From contig CATMOE010000002.1 in assembly GCA_950072105.1 (NCBI GenBank), forward strand, positions 64,001 through 128,000: a DNA stretch of 64,000 nt, given 5' to 3'. Source of the DNA: an uncultured Dehalococcoidia bacterium (GTDB taxonomy: Bacteria; Chloroflexota; Dehalococcoidia; Lucifugimonadales; UBA3495). Of the stretch, positions 47,779 through 57,313 are shown piece by piece (position 1 is the first letter of the stretch; every line of letters begins with the position of its first letter). A program made the translations under genes and the position numbers. The notes under the pieces are model-generated. The model ran no database searches. It was not told where the DNA came from and was given only the letters and a program-made list of their open reading frames with translations.

Positions 47779-48990
47779 CTACGCAGTCACCTCGGCCGCT
47801 TTTACTTTGCTGGGGGCGTGCTCCAGGTTGAAGAATTTTACGGTGTTGCCGGCCCACATCTTGAGCTTCTCGTCCTCTGGGACGTTGGCGTAGATCTCTT
47901 CAACGATGGGCTTGGTGTCCGGCCACTCACATTCGATGTGGGGGAAGTCGGTGGCGAACATGATGTGGTCCACACCGATGTGGTGGCGCAATTCCACGGC
48001 CACCCGCTCGTATTGGACGCTGAACAGGATGTGTTCTCTAATGACTTCGCTAGGCAATCGTTTTAGCGGCTTGAAGCCCAACTGCTCCTCCGCCCATCCG
48101 ATGTGGCGCTGGTACCACAGGTCCGCGTGCTCCAGCCAGAATGGCACCCAGCCCAGGCGCGTCTCAGCAAAGAACACTTGCAGCGAAGGGAACCGGTCGA
48201 ACACGCCGGAGAAGACCAGCTGCATGATCCCCACCGCCGGCCTCTGGCCGAAGTTGCATACCCATTCCAGTAGAGGCCGGCGGATCCTCCGCATGGTTTC
48301 CGGGTCTTCTATTGGGTACCTGAAGGTGGGCTCGTGCTCACGAGGTCCCGAGCGGTCGAAGGTCACGTGCACCGTCACCGGCATGTTCATGTCCACCGCC
48401 GCCGCCCAGAACCGGTCGTCCTCGGGCAGGGGGTAGGACTTTCCGTTGGGGTGCGCGCCTAGAACAACCCCTTTCAAACCCAACTTGGCGATGTGTTCCA
48501 GTTCTTCGATGGCGTCGTCCACGTTGGTCCACGGGATTATCCCCATGCCGATCAGGCGGTCCGGGTCCACCGGGCAATACTCCTCGCCCAGCCAGTCGTT
48601 ATAGGCCCGGATCATCGACTTGTAAACATCATCGTGGCTGATGTTGCGCCACAGGGACGGCCCGGCTACCTGGGCTGGGAACAACACCTCGCCGTCAAGA
48701 CCGTCCTGGTCTTGCTCTTGTATCCGCTGCTCCGGCGAACCGATGCCCGCCGCGCCCTCTACCCTCAATCCGAAGGGCTGCCACTGGCCGGTGGCCCGTC
48801 CGGCGCGAAGGTCCAGGAAGTTCGCCTCTCTGAGGGGTTGTCCTTCGATCAGCAACGCGTCGCCGCCGTTGGGCAAAGTGATGCTGCGGGGAGCGCGGTC
48901 GCGGTATTTCTCAGGTACACGGTGTACCCACCGTTCCGGGGGTACTTCCAGGTGGCCGTCGCTGGACATCAGTCGGTAATCCCGAGCCAT
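47779..48990 (-). CDS. Amidohydrolase family 2 protein (decarboxylase/hydrolase-like)
   Basis: S.DGH, AYNDWL.E.Y, GVFDRFP.L, E...GW.P, FATDFPH; GAGGAGG RBS before ATG 48990. Confidence 0.9.
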   Translation of the reverse strand: MARDYRLMSSDGHLEVPPERWVHRVPEKYRDRAPRSITLPNGGDALLIEGQPLREANFLDLRAGRATGQWQPFGLRVEGAAGIGSPEQRIQEQDQDGLDGEVLFPAQVAGPSLWRNISHDDVYKSMIRAYNDWLGEEYCPVDPDRLIGMGIIPWTNVDDAIEELEHIAKLGLKGVVLGAHPNGKSYPLPEDDRFWAAAVDMNMPVTVHVTFDRSGPREHEPTFRYPIEDPETMRRIRRPLLEWVCNFGQRPAVGIMQLVFSGVFDRFPSLQVFFAETRLGWVPFWLEHADLWYQRHIGWAEEQLGFKPLKRLPSEVIREHILFSVQYERVAVELRHHIGVDHIMFATDFPHIECEWPDTKPIVEEIYANVPEDEKLKMWAGNTVKFFNLEHAPSKVKAAEVTA

Positions 48991-49298
48991 GAGATCCTCC
49001 TCGTGCGATTCGATACGTCTATTCGAGTCTAGGGTTAAACTGTGGGCACATGCTAATACTTCTCGACTAAGGTGGCAACTATTGTCCGCCAACGCCACCA
49101 CAAGTTACGGATATCTCCGTCAGATTGCCCGAAAGACTTAAGCAACGTATAATCGCAGGGATTCTAAGCGCCGGTTCCGTCCTGCGGCGCGTGCCGAGAA
49201 TGCGCGCCCGGAAAGCGTGGATAAATAGCGTCGAAAATGACAGTAGGACATCCGGTTAGGCAAAATTCCTAAGCTTGTTTCCCCAGAGGTGGTACTAA

Positions 49299-49901
49299 GT
49301 GCTACGGTCGCTATTCGGAAAAGGGAAGAAAAAAGGCGACGGCTCTCCCTCTTCGCAAGATGACAGTATCCGGGCGGCAAAGGTTGGGGACGTCGTTTCC
49401 ATCTCCGGGCTGCGGCTGGAATACGACGATGTGTACTTTTTCATCGAGAAGATAAACCGCTACTCCAGTGAGACTGAGACTTGGTATGAGGCGCTGTGCG
49501 TGGATGGCGATAATCAAGTGTGGATCGATTGGACTGATGGTCACGATCTCACGGTAACAGCCACCGATGATCCTGAACCGGTAGGTCTGGGGAGCATTGG
49601 GACTACGGAAGAAGAGTTGATTCAACTGGACGAAGAACACTCCATCGACAATTTCATCGAGGTTGAAGGGGACAAGTACTATTACCGGAACAGTACCGAA
49701 GTGACGTTCTACCAGGACAATCGTGGCCAAGGCGAGGGATTTTATAATTGGGACTTGGTCCACGAGGATGGTGAACACGTCTTATCCGTGTCCAAGTGGG
49801 AAGGGAAGCCTTTCGAGGCTACGTTCAGCGAGGTGATATCACCGGATAGGATCGTCTTATACAAAGGGGACCGCGGGGACGCTGGGAAAGGGAGGAAATA
49901 A
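49299..49901 (+). CDS. DUF4178-like domain protein
   Basis: VGD.V, RY......WYE, W.D, Y.Y..S, ..Y.WD......LS..KW; overlaps the DUF350 gene by 1 nt (TAATG). Confidence 0.65.
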   Translation: MLRSLFGKGKKKGDGSPSSQDDSIRAAKVGDVVSISGLRLEYDDVYFFIEKINRYSSETETWYEALCVDGDNQVWIDWTDGHDLTVTATDDPEPVGLGSIGTTEEELIQLDEEHSIDNFIEVEGDKYYYRNSTEVTFYQDNRGQGEGFYNWDLVHEDGEHVLSVSKWEGKPFEATFSEVISPDRIVLYKGDRGDAGKGRK

Positions 49902-50803
49902 TGATTGAGAGCATTATCGACACGCTGCAGGCATTCCCACGGGGGCTAGTGTTCGTTGGGTTGGGGTTGGTGGTACTTCTACTGGCCAAACTGGCGCGAG
50001 ACTTGATAACGCCATACAAGATCGATCAGGAAGTCGGCGAAAAACAGAATCTAGCGGTGTCTTTGCGGCTGACCGGATACCTTGCCGGAGTGATTCTGGT
50101 TTTCCTGGGTGCGTTATATCAAAGTCCGACGCTGGTAGGCCCTGAAGGGCTGGGATTCGACCAAGCCTTTGGACAAGAGGTATTAAGGGTCTTCATTTAC
50201 TCTCTAGCCGGGATAGTTGCGTTGAACCTGGTTCGGCTGGTGATGGACCGGGTGATACTGTACAAGTTCAAGCTAGAGGAAGAAGTGGTGCGGGGGCAAA
50301 ACGTGGGCGCCGGGGCCGCTGAGTTGGGCATGTACGTGGCCACGGGACTGATGATTGCCGGTGCGATTTCCGGCGATGCAGCCGGCACGGAGCTCAATGC
50401 GGCGTTGATCGCCCTGGCGTTCTTCGGGCTCGGATTGGCATTGCTGGTGGTATTCGCTCTGTTCTATCAGATCACCACGCCCTACGATATACACTCGGAG
50501 ATAGAGGGCAGCAATACTGCGGTGGGTGTCGCCTTCGGTGGCAACTTGGTCGCGATCGGCCTGGTGACCTTTAAAGCCCTTTTCGGGGATTTTACCGGGT
50601 GGGGCGAAAGTATCGCGGCGTTCCTCACATTCGGAATAATCGGGTTTGTTTTGCTATACGTGATGCGGTTTCTGATCGATCTGCTTCTACTGCCCAAATT
50701 CAACGTCTCCCAGGCTCTGGCGAATGGACGGAACGTGGGTGTCGCTGTCATTGAAAGCGGGGTGGTAATCAGCGCGGCATTGATCCTGTTTCTGGCGATC
50801 TGA
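49901..50803 (+). CDS. DUF350 (YjfL-like) membrane protein, tandem domains
   Basis: Repeated TPY.I..E....N.AV and EE....N..AG motifs; about 8 TM helices. Confidence 0.85.
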   Translation: MIESIIDTLQAFPRGLVFVGLGLVVLLLAKLARDLITPYKIDQEVGEKQNLAVSLRLTGYLAGVILVFLGALYQSPTLVGPEGLGFDQAFGQEVLRVFIYSLAGIVALNLVRLVMDRVILYKFKLEEEVVRGQNVGAGAAELGMYVATGLMIAGAISGDAAGTELNAALIALAFFGLGLALLVVFALFYQITTPYDIHSEIEGSNTAVGVAFGGNLVAIGLVTFKALFGDFTGWGESIAAFLTFGIIGFVLLYVMRFLIDLLLLPKFNVSQALANGRNVGVAVIESGVVISAALILFLAI

Positions 50804-50815
50804 CCGTTAGCGGGG

Positions 50816-50881
50816 CCTTCGACAGGCTCAGGCCGAACGGAATGAAACACTCCCGCCGTTCGTGGTGAGCCTGTCGAACCA
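50816..50881. repeat. Palindromic repeat family B copy (opposite orientation)
   Basis: CCTTCGACAGGCTCAGG..CGAACGG...CCGTTCGTGGTGAGCCTGTCGAACCA. Confidence 0.85.
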
Positions 50882-51062
50882 CTGTTTTCAACTAGGTCTA
50901 GTGCTTCATCCAGGTAGAAATGCCGAATGTCGTTCCCACCCTTCCGCCGAAGGGCTGGTGTCGGAAGGACAAAGTGTGCGACCGAAAGTTGTCCATTCTA
51001 TTTTCGGAGCAATGACAGGCTGTCGCAGCCAGCTAGTAGACCACAATTAGCTTGACCTAGCA

Positions 51063-52163
51063 CTAAGACTCGGCCCTTGCGCTCTGGATAATCTCTTCCC
51101 GGCTTGCTGATTCTCTGGCCTCTTCGTGCTTCTCCTCTAGATACACGAAACCAGCGCCTACGATACGCTCCAACAGCTGCTCTTCTACGTCTTGCCGGTT
51201 TACCACGGGTTCGAGAATTCCGGCAAAGAAACTTTCGTCGCTGATTAGTTCTTGCCAGGTTGACCCGAAGGCATCGAGGGTCCCGTCGTACAGGCGCAGC
51301 AGGAAAAGAGTCCTTATGGGGTCCAGCCCCTCGGCGATAAATACCAGCACACGCAGGTCAGCGCCGCGTCCTGTGTCGAATTCAACCATATCAGCGTCCT
51401 CTTCAGATGCGGTGTCTTTGAAGTGGTCGTACAGGTCGATGTAGGACTCGGTTTCGGCCAGCAGGCGGCCGATGAACCTCCGGCCTTCTCGGGTGATGGC
51501 GAAAGTGTTGGTTTCTGGAGAGAGGGCTATCAGTTCTTGTGCCTGGAGCAAGTGGGCTATGGATAGCAAGGCATGATCAACCACGCCGGGCGGAGATACC
51601 TGGAGGCGCAGTTCGTGTTTGTCCATGAAGTAGAGAAGGGTGTGGGTTTGCAGCCATTCCAGAAGTTCGGCTTTGGTGTCCCAGAAGCCTTGCCGTATCG
51701 CGTATTCCAGCGGCTGGTAGTGGCGGTGGATGTGCAGGTGAAATCCCCCAGCCCCCCCTTTCGTAAAGGGGATCTTTGCGTCCCCTGGTTGCAGATGATT
51801 TGTGATCGGGTCAGCCAGGTCTAGAGGCTGGTTGGCATCGTTTTGGAAGGATAGGGTGGAGCGACCGGTTCTCCACTCATCGAAAGCGTCCAGGATGGTT
51901 TCGTAGATGTCTGGTAGGTCTGGATTGGCGCGGACGTCCAACAGGGAGATCACTCGTTGCTGTTGGTCTTCGTCCTCGGGAAAGACCTGGTCCAAGAAAT
52001 CGGACAGGGAAGTAGCCGCGGACGGGGACGGCAATTGGATGCGCAGGCCGTCCTCCGGGTCCATACCGTCCAGCGCCACATGGAGTTCAAATGCGCCACC
52101 TGATTCTGGCGTGGGATGTTGTGGTGATTGGTCTGGGCCGGGAACTGCGCCGCCGTTGTTCAT
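51063..52163 (-). CDS. Hypothetical protein with possible beta-grasp N-terminus and winged-helix-like central domain
   Basis: L.AQELI.....F.IT.EGR wing pattern; ATGA overlap with the upstream lipoprotein gene. Confidence 0.75.
   Translation of the reverse strand: MNNGGAVPGPDQSPQHPTPESGGAFELHVALDGMDPEDGLRIQLPSPSAATSLSDFLDQVFPEDEDQQQRVISLLDVRANPDLPDIYETILDAFDEWRTGRSTLSFQNDANQPLDLADPITNHLQPGDAKIPFTKGGAGGFHLHIHRHYQPLEYAIRQGFWDTKAELLEWLQTHTLLYFMDKHELRLQVSPPGVVDHALLSIAHLLQAQELIALSPETNTFAITREGRRFIGRLLAETESYIDLYDHFKDTASEEDADMVEFDTGRGADLRVLVFIAEGLDPIRTLFLLRLYDGTLDAFGSTWQELISDESFFAGILEPVVNRQDVEEQLLERIVGAGFVYLEEKHEEARESASREEIIQSARAES
51741..51771. repeat. Family A repeat inserted in-frame in a CDS
   Basis: AAATCCCCCAGCCCCCCCTTTCGTAAAGGGG, read as PFTKGGAGGF on the minus strand. 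Confidence 0.75.
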
Positions 52164-52966
52164 CCAGGCCGGTTCCCGGTGTTTATCCGCATGGCGCCGC
52201 CACCCCCTCTCGCCCCGGAGCGACCCGAAGAGCGGAAGGAAGACCTTGACGACCGGGTGCGGGACACCGCGCTGCTTTTCTTGAAGGCACCGCTGGTCTT
52301 CTGGGTCTGCTGATAGGTTTGGCGGTTGCTGCCGACGTTGTTTCTGGCTTGCTGATATCGAGACCCGGCGAATGACGCCTGTTTTCGGTTAAAATTGCTG
52401 TTTCTTTGCGCTTGCCGGCTATAGGCTGAGGACTGGCGGTATCTGGACCGCTGGTTCCTCATCGTGGATCCCCGGGATATGGGAGTAGAGTAGTAATAGC
52501 CCCGGGGAGAGATGGCGGAGATCAGCATATAGGTGAACAGGAAATTTCCGGCGCCAAAGGAGCTACGGTAGTACCCGTTGCCGTTGTGGCCCCTCATGTT
52601 GTATTGATTTTCGTTGCCCTTGACGATGGAGAACAATCGATCGTCCTTGGCGTCGTCAATCTCATTGTTGCCGTCCAGGTCTTCCCATCCTTCCAGGGTC
52701 AACCCTTCACCGTCCTGGCTAGCCCGGATCAGAACCAGGCCGTCACCCTCGTAGATCTTGTTGACTTTTTCCTCGAATTCCGTGGCGCTCTTGGAGTTTT
52801 TGAACGCCTCTTGAACGTCGTCCAGGTTGATCCGGCCCGCCGCTCCGTCGGTGGCTGCCCAGTTGTCGTAGGACGCTCCGGAGCCACATGCGGCGATCAG
52901 TGGCGATGCGGCTACGACGCCGCCCAAGGAAACCGCCGTCCACTTGCTGAAACGTTTGCCAGCCAT
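52160..52966 (-). CDS. Lipoprotein with basic R/S/Q-rich low-complexity tail (UPF0323/DUF1190-like)
   Basis: Lipobox IAAC; EF-hand-like DLDGNNEID; hydrophobic FL..YM patch followed by an R/S/Q/G tail ending RGGGG; AGGAGG RBS. Confidence 0.75.
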   Translation of the reverse strand: MAGKRFSKWTAVSLGGVVAASPLIAACGSGASYDNWAATDGAAGRINLDDVQEAFKNSKSATEFEEKVNKIYEGDGLVLIRASQDGEGLTLEGWEDLDGNNEIDDAKDDRLFSIVKGNENQYNMRGHNGNGYYRSSFGAGNFLFTYMLISAISPRGYYYSTPISRGSTMRNQRSRYRQSSAYSRQAQRNSNFNRKQASFAGSRYQQARNNVGSNRQTYQQTQKTSGAFKKSSAVSRTRSSRSSFRSSGRSGARGGGGAMRINTGNRPG

Positions 52967-55900
52967 CTAGTTCCTCCTTGTCGATCCCGAATCCCCAGCC
53001 AGGGCCATTGGCCGGTCCGCTATGAGTGTTTGTACGTCGTCGTTCAACTGAACTTTAGGTGTAGAGAGGGCGTATCCCTTGGCCGAAGGGAAGGCAAATA
53101 GGCGAAACATGAACTCGGCGTTCACCCGCTCCCAGAAGCCTTGCCACGCTTGAAAACTACGTTGGATGTAGAGGGCCACCGCCGATTTGTGGTCGGTGGA
53201 CGCCAGCAGTTGGTTGGAGATAGAGTCCTGCAACTCGACGATGTGCGCCTTCCAAATCTCGTCGCAGGCCTTCAAGTAGATCGAACGGGCCAGGGCGGCA
53301 TACTCTTTGGCGCCCTGGCTACTCTCCAGATCTGCCATTCTGTCGATGAACAAGTGGCCAAGTTCTTCGGGAAGGATGTTCATGTCCCATCCCCTCAGTG
53401 AGGAGCAATCGACTTGGTAGTCCAGTTGAACTTCTTCAACCAGCCGGTCGAACTGGGCATCGTATTCTTCCAAAGTGACCTGGGGAAAGTGGGCGGACAC
53501 GAGTTCAATAGCCCTTTCCTGGGCCTGATCGCGCCAGAGAGATGGACCGGAGCCCGGTGAACCGGCAACGGCTACTTCCCCGCGCCGCCGGTAAAACAAT
53601 CTGGTCTGGTGGTCCAGCACCGAGGCGTAATCCTGTACCAAGGCGCGTTGGGTCTCGCCCTCATGTTCGGCGATACCTTGCACCTCTTGAACGTGCCGGT
53701 CGACGTCTTGGCCCGAATAGTAGGTTCGGCCCATTCCATCCAAGTCGCGGCGCTTGGTCAGCTTGAGCACGCCGTCCACGTGAAGGTTAAGCAACCGGTC
53801 TTCCAAGGACAGGAAAGTTTGGGACACACCGAAGCTGCCTTGACGGCCGCTGCGGCCGTTCAGTTGGAGGTCGATTCGCGGAGTATCGTTGAGTTCGGTG
53901 CCAATCACCCGAAGACCTAAAGCGAAGTCCAGCGATCGCGGCTTGGCGGTAATGCCTGAGGTGTCATGGAGCCGAACGGTGAGCCTGAGGCCGTTCGGGG
54001 AACCCTCTTTTTCTACGCGAAGGCCGGAATCGGCTAGCAGTAGAGATTTCAAGACGCTGAACTCCCGGGGAGACAGGCAGTTGATCTCAACGGAGCCGTC
54101 TTCTCGCTCGAGAGTCTGGTGGACCAATCTGATGCAACGCTGGGCGATCTGGCCGTCTAAGCCCGGCGCCAGCAGGATGTCGGTACCCCGGCCGGCCATG
54201 TTGGTTGCTACCGTGGCCGCGCCGAAGGAGCCGGCATTCCTGATGATTTCCGCTTCGGTGTCCGAATTGACGGCGTTGAGCAGGTTATGAGGAATCGCTT
54301 TATCCGAGAGCATTCGGCTGATCTCTTGGGATTGCTCCACCGTGAGGGTCCCCACCAGGACCGGCTGTCCCAGTTCATGACTGGAGATCACCTGATCGAT
54401 GATCGCCGAAGTTTTTTCAGCGTCGGTGAGATAGACCCGATAGCCAAGATCCACTCGTTGCAGGGGATGCATCGGCGGCAGCACGGTTACCGGTAAACCG
54501 TACTTCTGCTGAAATTCGTCCTGGGAACCGATGGCGGTGCCGGTCATTCCGCAAAGAGATTGGAACTGCTTGACGAACCCTTCAACGGAGATATGACCCA
54601 GGGTTTCACCCTCCGGATTGGGAGTAAGCCCTTCTTTGGCTTCCAGAGCGGGCTGCAGGCCGTGCTGGTAGATGGCGTCGGGCTTAGGCCGCCCCGTGGC
54701 TTTGTCGATAAGCACCAGTTGGTCCTCGGCCACCAGGTAATCCACGTCCCGCTCCAGCAGCAGGTAGGCCCGGAGCATCTGATAAACCTGGTTGCCCAGA
54801 TTGTATTGCCGGGCCAGGCGGGTGGTTAGGCTCGCCGCCTTCTTGCGGCGCTCTGCCAAGGGCATTTCGCGGTTGGTCCAAAGGGACTCCAGAGACTCCT
54901 CCATCGAACGGCCGTCGTAGAAAGGACCCAAACATTGGGTAAGGAAATCCCGGCCCTTTTCCGCCAGGGTAACGAAACGTCTATCTGGGTCGATAACGTA
55001 ATAAAGCTCCGATGTGAGGCCGGTCTGTTCCTGCTCAGCTTCAGATTTAATCTCTTTGAAGCGTCGGGGGTTGTCACGTAATCGCTGCTCTAGGGCGGGG
55101 TTATCCGGTTCGGCTAGGAGCAGCTTGGCTAGGATGTGGGAGGCTCCATCTAGGCTCGTGTCCGGCCGGGCGAGTTCACCCGCTAATTCCCGGACAACGT
55201 CCCTTTGCAGCCGAATCAGTTGGGTGACGGCCTTCTTCACTTTGGCCGTGGGACTACGGTTTCCCAGGGGAGCGCCGGATATAATCATCGGCGTTGACGC
55301 TTCGTCGATCAGCCCGTGATCCGCTTCGTCGATGATGGCCGCATCCAGCTTGCCTTGAACGCGGGACGAGGCGGTTGTCTTAAGATTGTCACGGAGATAG
55401 TCGAACCCCATCTCCCGCATAGTGCTGTAGACGATCGCCATCTGGTAGTTATATCTTCGTTCGTCGTCCTCCATGTATTCGAGCACGGCCCCTACGGTGA
55501 TGCCCAGTGACTGGTAAACGGGAGCCAGTAGGTCGGCGTCCCTGGCCGCCAGGTAATCGTTGGCGGTGATGACATAAACTGAGGTCCCAGCCACGGCATG
55601 TAACACTGCCGGAAACGCCCCGGCGACGGTTTTGCCTTCGCCGGCGTTCATCTGGACGATATTTCCTTGAAATAGGTGCAGTCCAGCCAATAACTGCTCC
55701 TCGGTAGCTTCAAAGGTGAGATGCCCTTTCTCGTCTTGCCTTCGCAATGCTTGGTAAAACCCGGCGGGCATGGAGATGTCCCAAGGCGGCCTAACTTGGA
55801 TCTCCCGGTGCACCATTAACATGGCATCAACGATGGTCTGTTGATCGGGGCCGGTTGCGGCTGTCCCGGATGACCCTCGGGAGAGGTCTGCCGTTCGCCA

Positions 55901-56227
55901 ACAGGTTTGCAGGGATTCAGGAAGGGATTTCCGGTCGAAGCCGGTGTCAAACAGCCGCCAGGCGCCAAGGCGGCGACTGATGACCTCGCTAACGATGGCG
56001 AAGACTTCCGGCAGGACTTGACTGACGCTCGGATGCGGCGGACGTGTCCGTAGGCGCGCCATCGCGTCCTTGAGATCCGTGTCGGAATAGGCTGTTACGT
56101 CGTGCCGGCGAATCGCGTCCAAAACCGCCCGGCTGTCTTTCGGCGGCCCGAGCTTCGGATGTGAAGTCGGCGGTCCCTGGTTAACCGGCCCAAACGTCAA
56201 TGCTGATGATCCCAACAAGGAATTCAC
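52967..56227 (-). CDS. secA: Divergent SecA paralog (accessory SecA2-like translocase ATPase)
   Basis: M.AGEGKT, T.NDYLA.RD, GFDYLRDN, IIDEAD..LIDEA.TP.IISG, EAKEG, GMTGTA, GQPVLVGT, ATNMAGRGTDI, QL.GRSGRQG, LSLED; no C-terminal Zn-binding motif. Confidence 0.85.
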   Translation of the reverse strand: MNSLLGSSALTFGPVNQGPPTSHPKLGPPKDSRAVLDAIRRHDVTAYSDTDLKDAMARLRTRPPHPSVSQVLPEVFAIVSEVISRRLGAWRLFDTGFDRKSLPESLQTCWRTADLSRGSSGTAATGPDQQTIVDAMLMVHREIQVRPPWDISMPAGFYQALRRQDEKGHLTFEATEEQLLAGLHLFQGNIVQMNAGEGKTVAGAFPAVLHAVAGTSVYVITANDYLAARDADLLAPVYQSLGITVGAVLEYMEDDERRYNYQMAIVYSTMREMGFDYLRDNLKTTASSRVQGKLDAAIIDEADHGLIDEASTPMIISGAPLGNRSPTAKVKKAVTQLIRLQRDVVRELAGELARPDTSLDGASHILAKLLLAEPDNPALEQRLRDNPRRFKEIKSEAEQEQTGLTSELYYVIDPDRRFVTLAEKGRDFLTQCLGPFYDGRSMEESLESLWTNREMPLAERRKKAASLTTRLARQYNLGNQVYQMLRAYLLLERDVDYLVAEDQLVLIDKATGRPKPDAIYQHGLQPALEAKEGLTPNPEGETLGHISVEGFVKQFQSLCGMTGTAIGSQDEFQQKYGLPVTVLPPMHPLQRVDLGYRVYLTDAEKTSAIIDQVISSHELGQPVLVGTLTVEQSQEISRMLSDKAIPHNLLNAVNSDTEAEIIRNAGSFGAATVATNMAGRGTDILLAPGLDGQIAQRCIRLVHQTLEREDGSVEINCLSPREFSVLKSLLLADSGLRVEKEGSPNGLRLTVRLHDTSGITAKPRSLDFALGLRVIGTELNDTPRIDLQLNGRSGRQGSFGVSQTFLSLEDRLLNLHVDGVLKLTKRRDLDGMGRTYYSGQDVDRHVQEVQGIAEHEGETQRALVQDYASVLDHQTRLFYRRRGEVAVAGSPGSGPSLWRDQAQERAIELVSAHFPQVTLEEYDAQFDRLVEEVQLDYQVDCSSLRGWDMNILPEELGHLFIDRMADLESSQGAKEYAALARSIYLKACDEIWKAHIVELQDSISNQLLASTDHKSAVALYIQRSFQAWQGFWERVNAEFMFRLFAFPSAKGYALSTPKVQLNDDVQTLIADRPMALAGDSGSTRRN

Positions 56228-57292
56228 CTAACCCATTGCCTCCTGCAATCCCTGCCATGTATAGCGGTGCGAGCTGATGTACACCAATAGGTCTCCAGGG
56301 GACAAAAATAGGTCTCCGAACTTGAAATGGGGCTTTTTATCCCGAATCACCCCAAGCAGGTTTATATCCTTGCTCAGTAGCTTCACGGCTACCTCTTGGT
56401 AGGTTAACCGCTCTCCAACCGGAGGGTCAACCATCGTGCTGGCCATTGTGCCTTCGACCTTATTGCTGGTCATGGCCTGGGCCAAGATGGTCACGCCCGG
56501 GTCCTGGGTTTCCTGGATCAAGAGATTGTTCGCCATATGTATCGTATAAACCAGGGAGACATCCGCCAAGTTGCTGAACAAGAGCTCGTGACTGAGACTC
56601 AGACATTCGGCGACGACCCTCACGTGGGGGCTCAGGTGGTTGATCACCGAAGCTACCGACGCTACGACGCTGTCGCTGTTGGGATCGTCGTAATCGGTGC
56701 TCAGTATGATGGCCTTGGACGCCCTGCTGAGTTGGGCCCGTTGGTAAGTCTCTTGTTCGAGAGGAGAGCCACGGACGAAAGAGACGTTGGGGTGGCTGAA
56801 TGGCAGGGTCTGTAATTTGTCGGTGATCACGACAATGTCAACTTTTTTGTGGTTGTTGTCGGAAACGAACTCCTCCACGATGTGGCGGACCCTGGTCTCG
56901 TTCGGGAAATGGATGATTAGCAAATGATCTTTGGATTGCACGGTCGCCATACCGTTTTGCTCCCTCATGCGAAGGTCGAATATCCAGTCAACCAACATCC
57001 CGGCGGTAGTGGTAAAGGCCACCAAACCGACCAGAACGATAAAAAACACAGTTCCGATACGGGCGCCAACCGTAGACGCGGACAGATCCCCGTATCCAAT
57101 GGTTGTGATAGAGATGATGCTATACCAGAAACTGTCTCCGAGATTATATTCCGGGTGGACCGGGGCCTCGAAGTAAAAAAAAGTGAGGGCGTTCCCAATC
57201 ACACTGGCAACCAGCACCGCGAACATGGACAGTAAGCCGAGGGTTCTCCTCCGCCGGATCCGGTGCATCAACCTTTTTATCGAATAAAACAT
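56228..57292 (-). CDS. Two-TM potassium channel with RCK/TrkA-N domain
   Basis: Selectivity filter TTIGYGD between two TM helices; FVRG.P......RA....A..AII RCK motif. Confidence 0.9.
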   Translation of the reverse strand: MFYSIKRLMHRIRRRRTLGLLSMFAVLVASVIGNALTFFYFEAPVHPEYNLGDSFWYSIISITTIGYGDLSASTVGARIGTVFFIVLVGLVAFTTTAGMLVDWIFDLRMREQNGMATVQSKDHLLIIHFPNETRVRHIVEEFVSDNNHKKVDIVVITDKLQTLPFSHPNVSFVRGSPLEQETYQRAQLSRASKAIILSTDYDDPNSDSVVASVASVINHLSPHVRVVAECLSLSHELLFSNLADVSLVYTIHMANNLLIQETQDPGVTILAQAMTSNKVEGTMASTMVDPPVGERLTYQEVAVKLLSKDINLLGVIRDKKPHFKFGDLFLSPGDLLVYISSHRYTWQGLQEAMG

Positions 57293-57313
57293 GTGGCGGT
57301 GTTCGGGCGCGGG

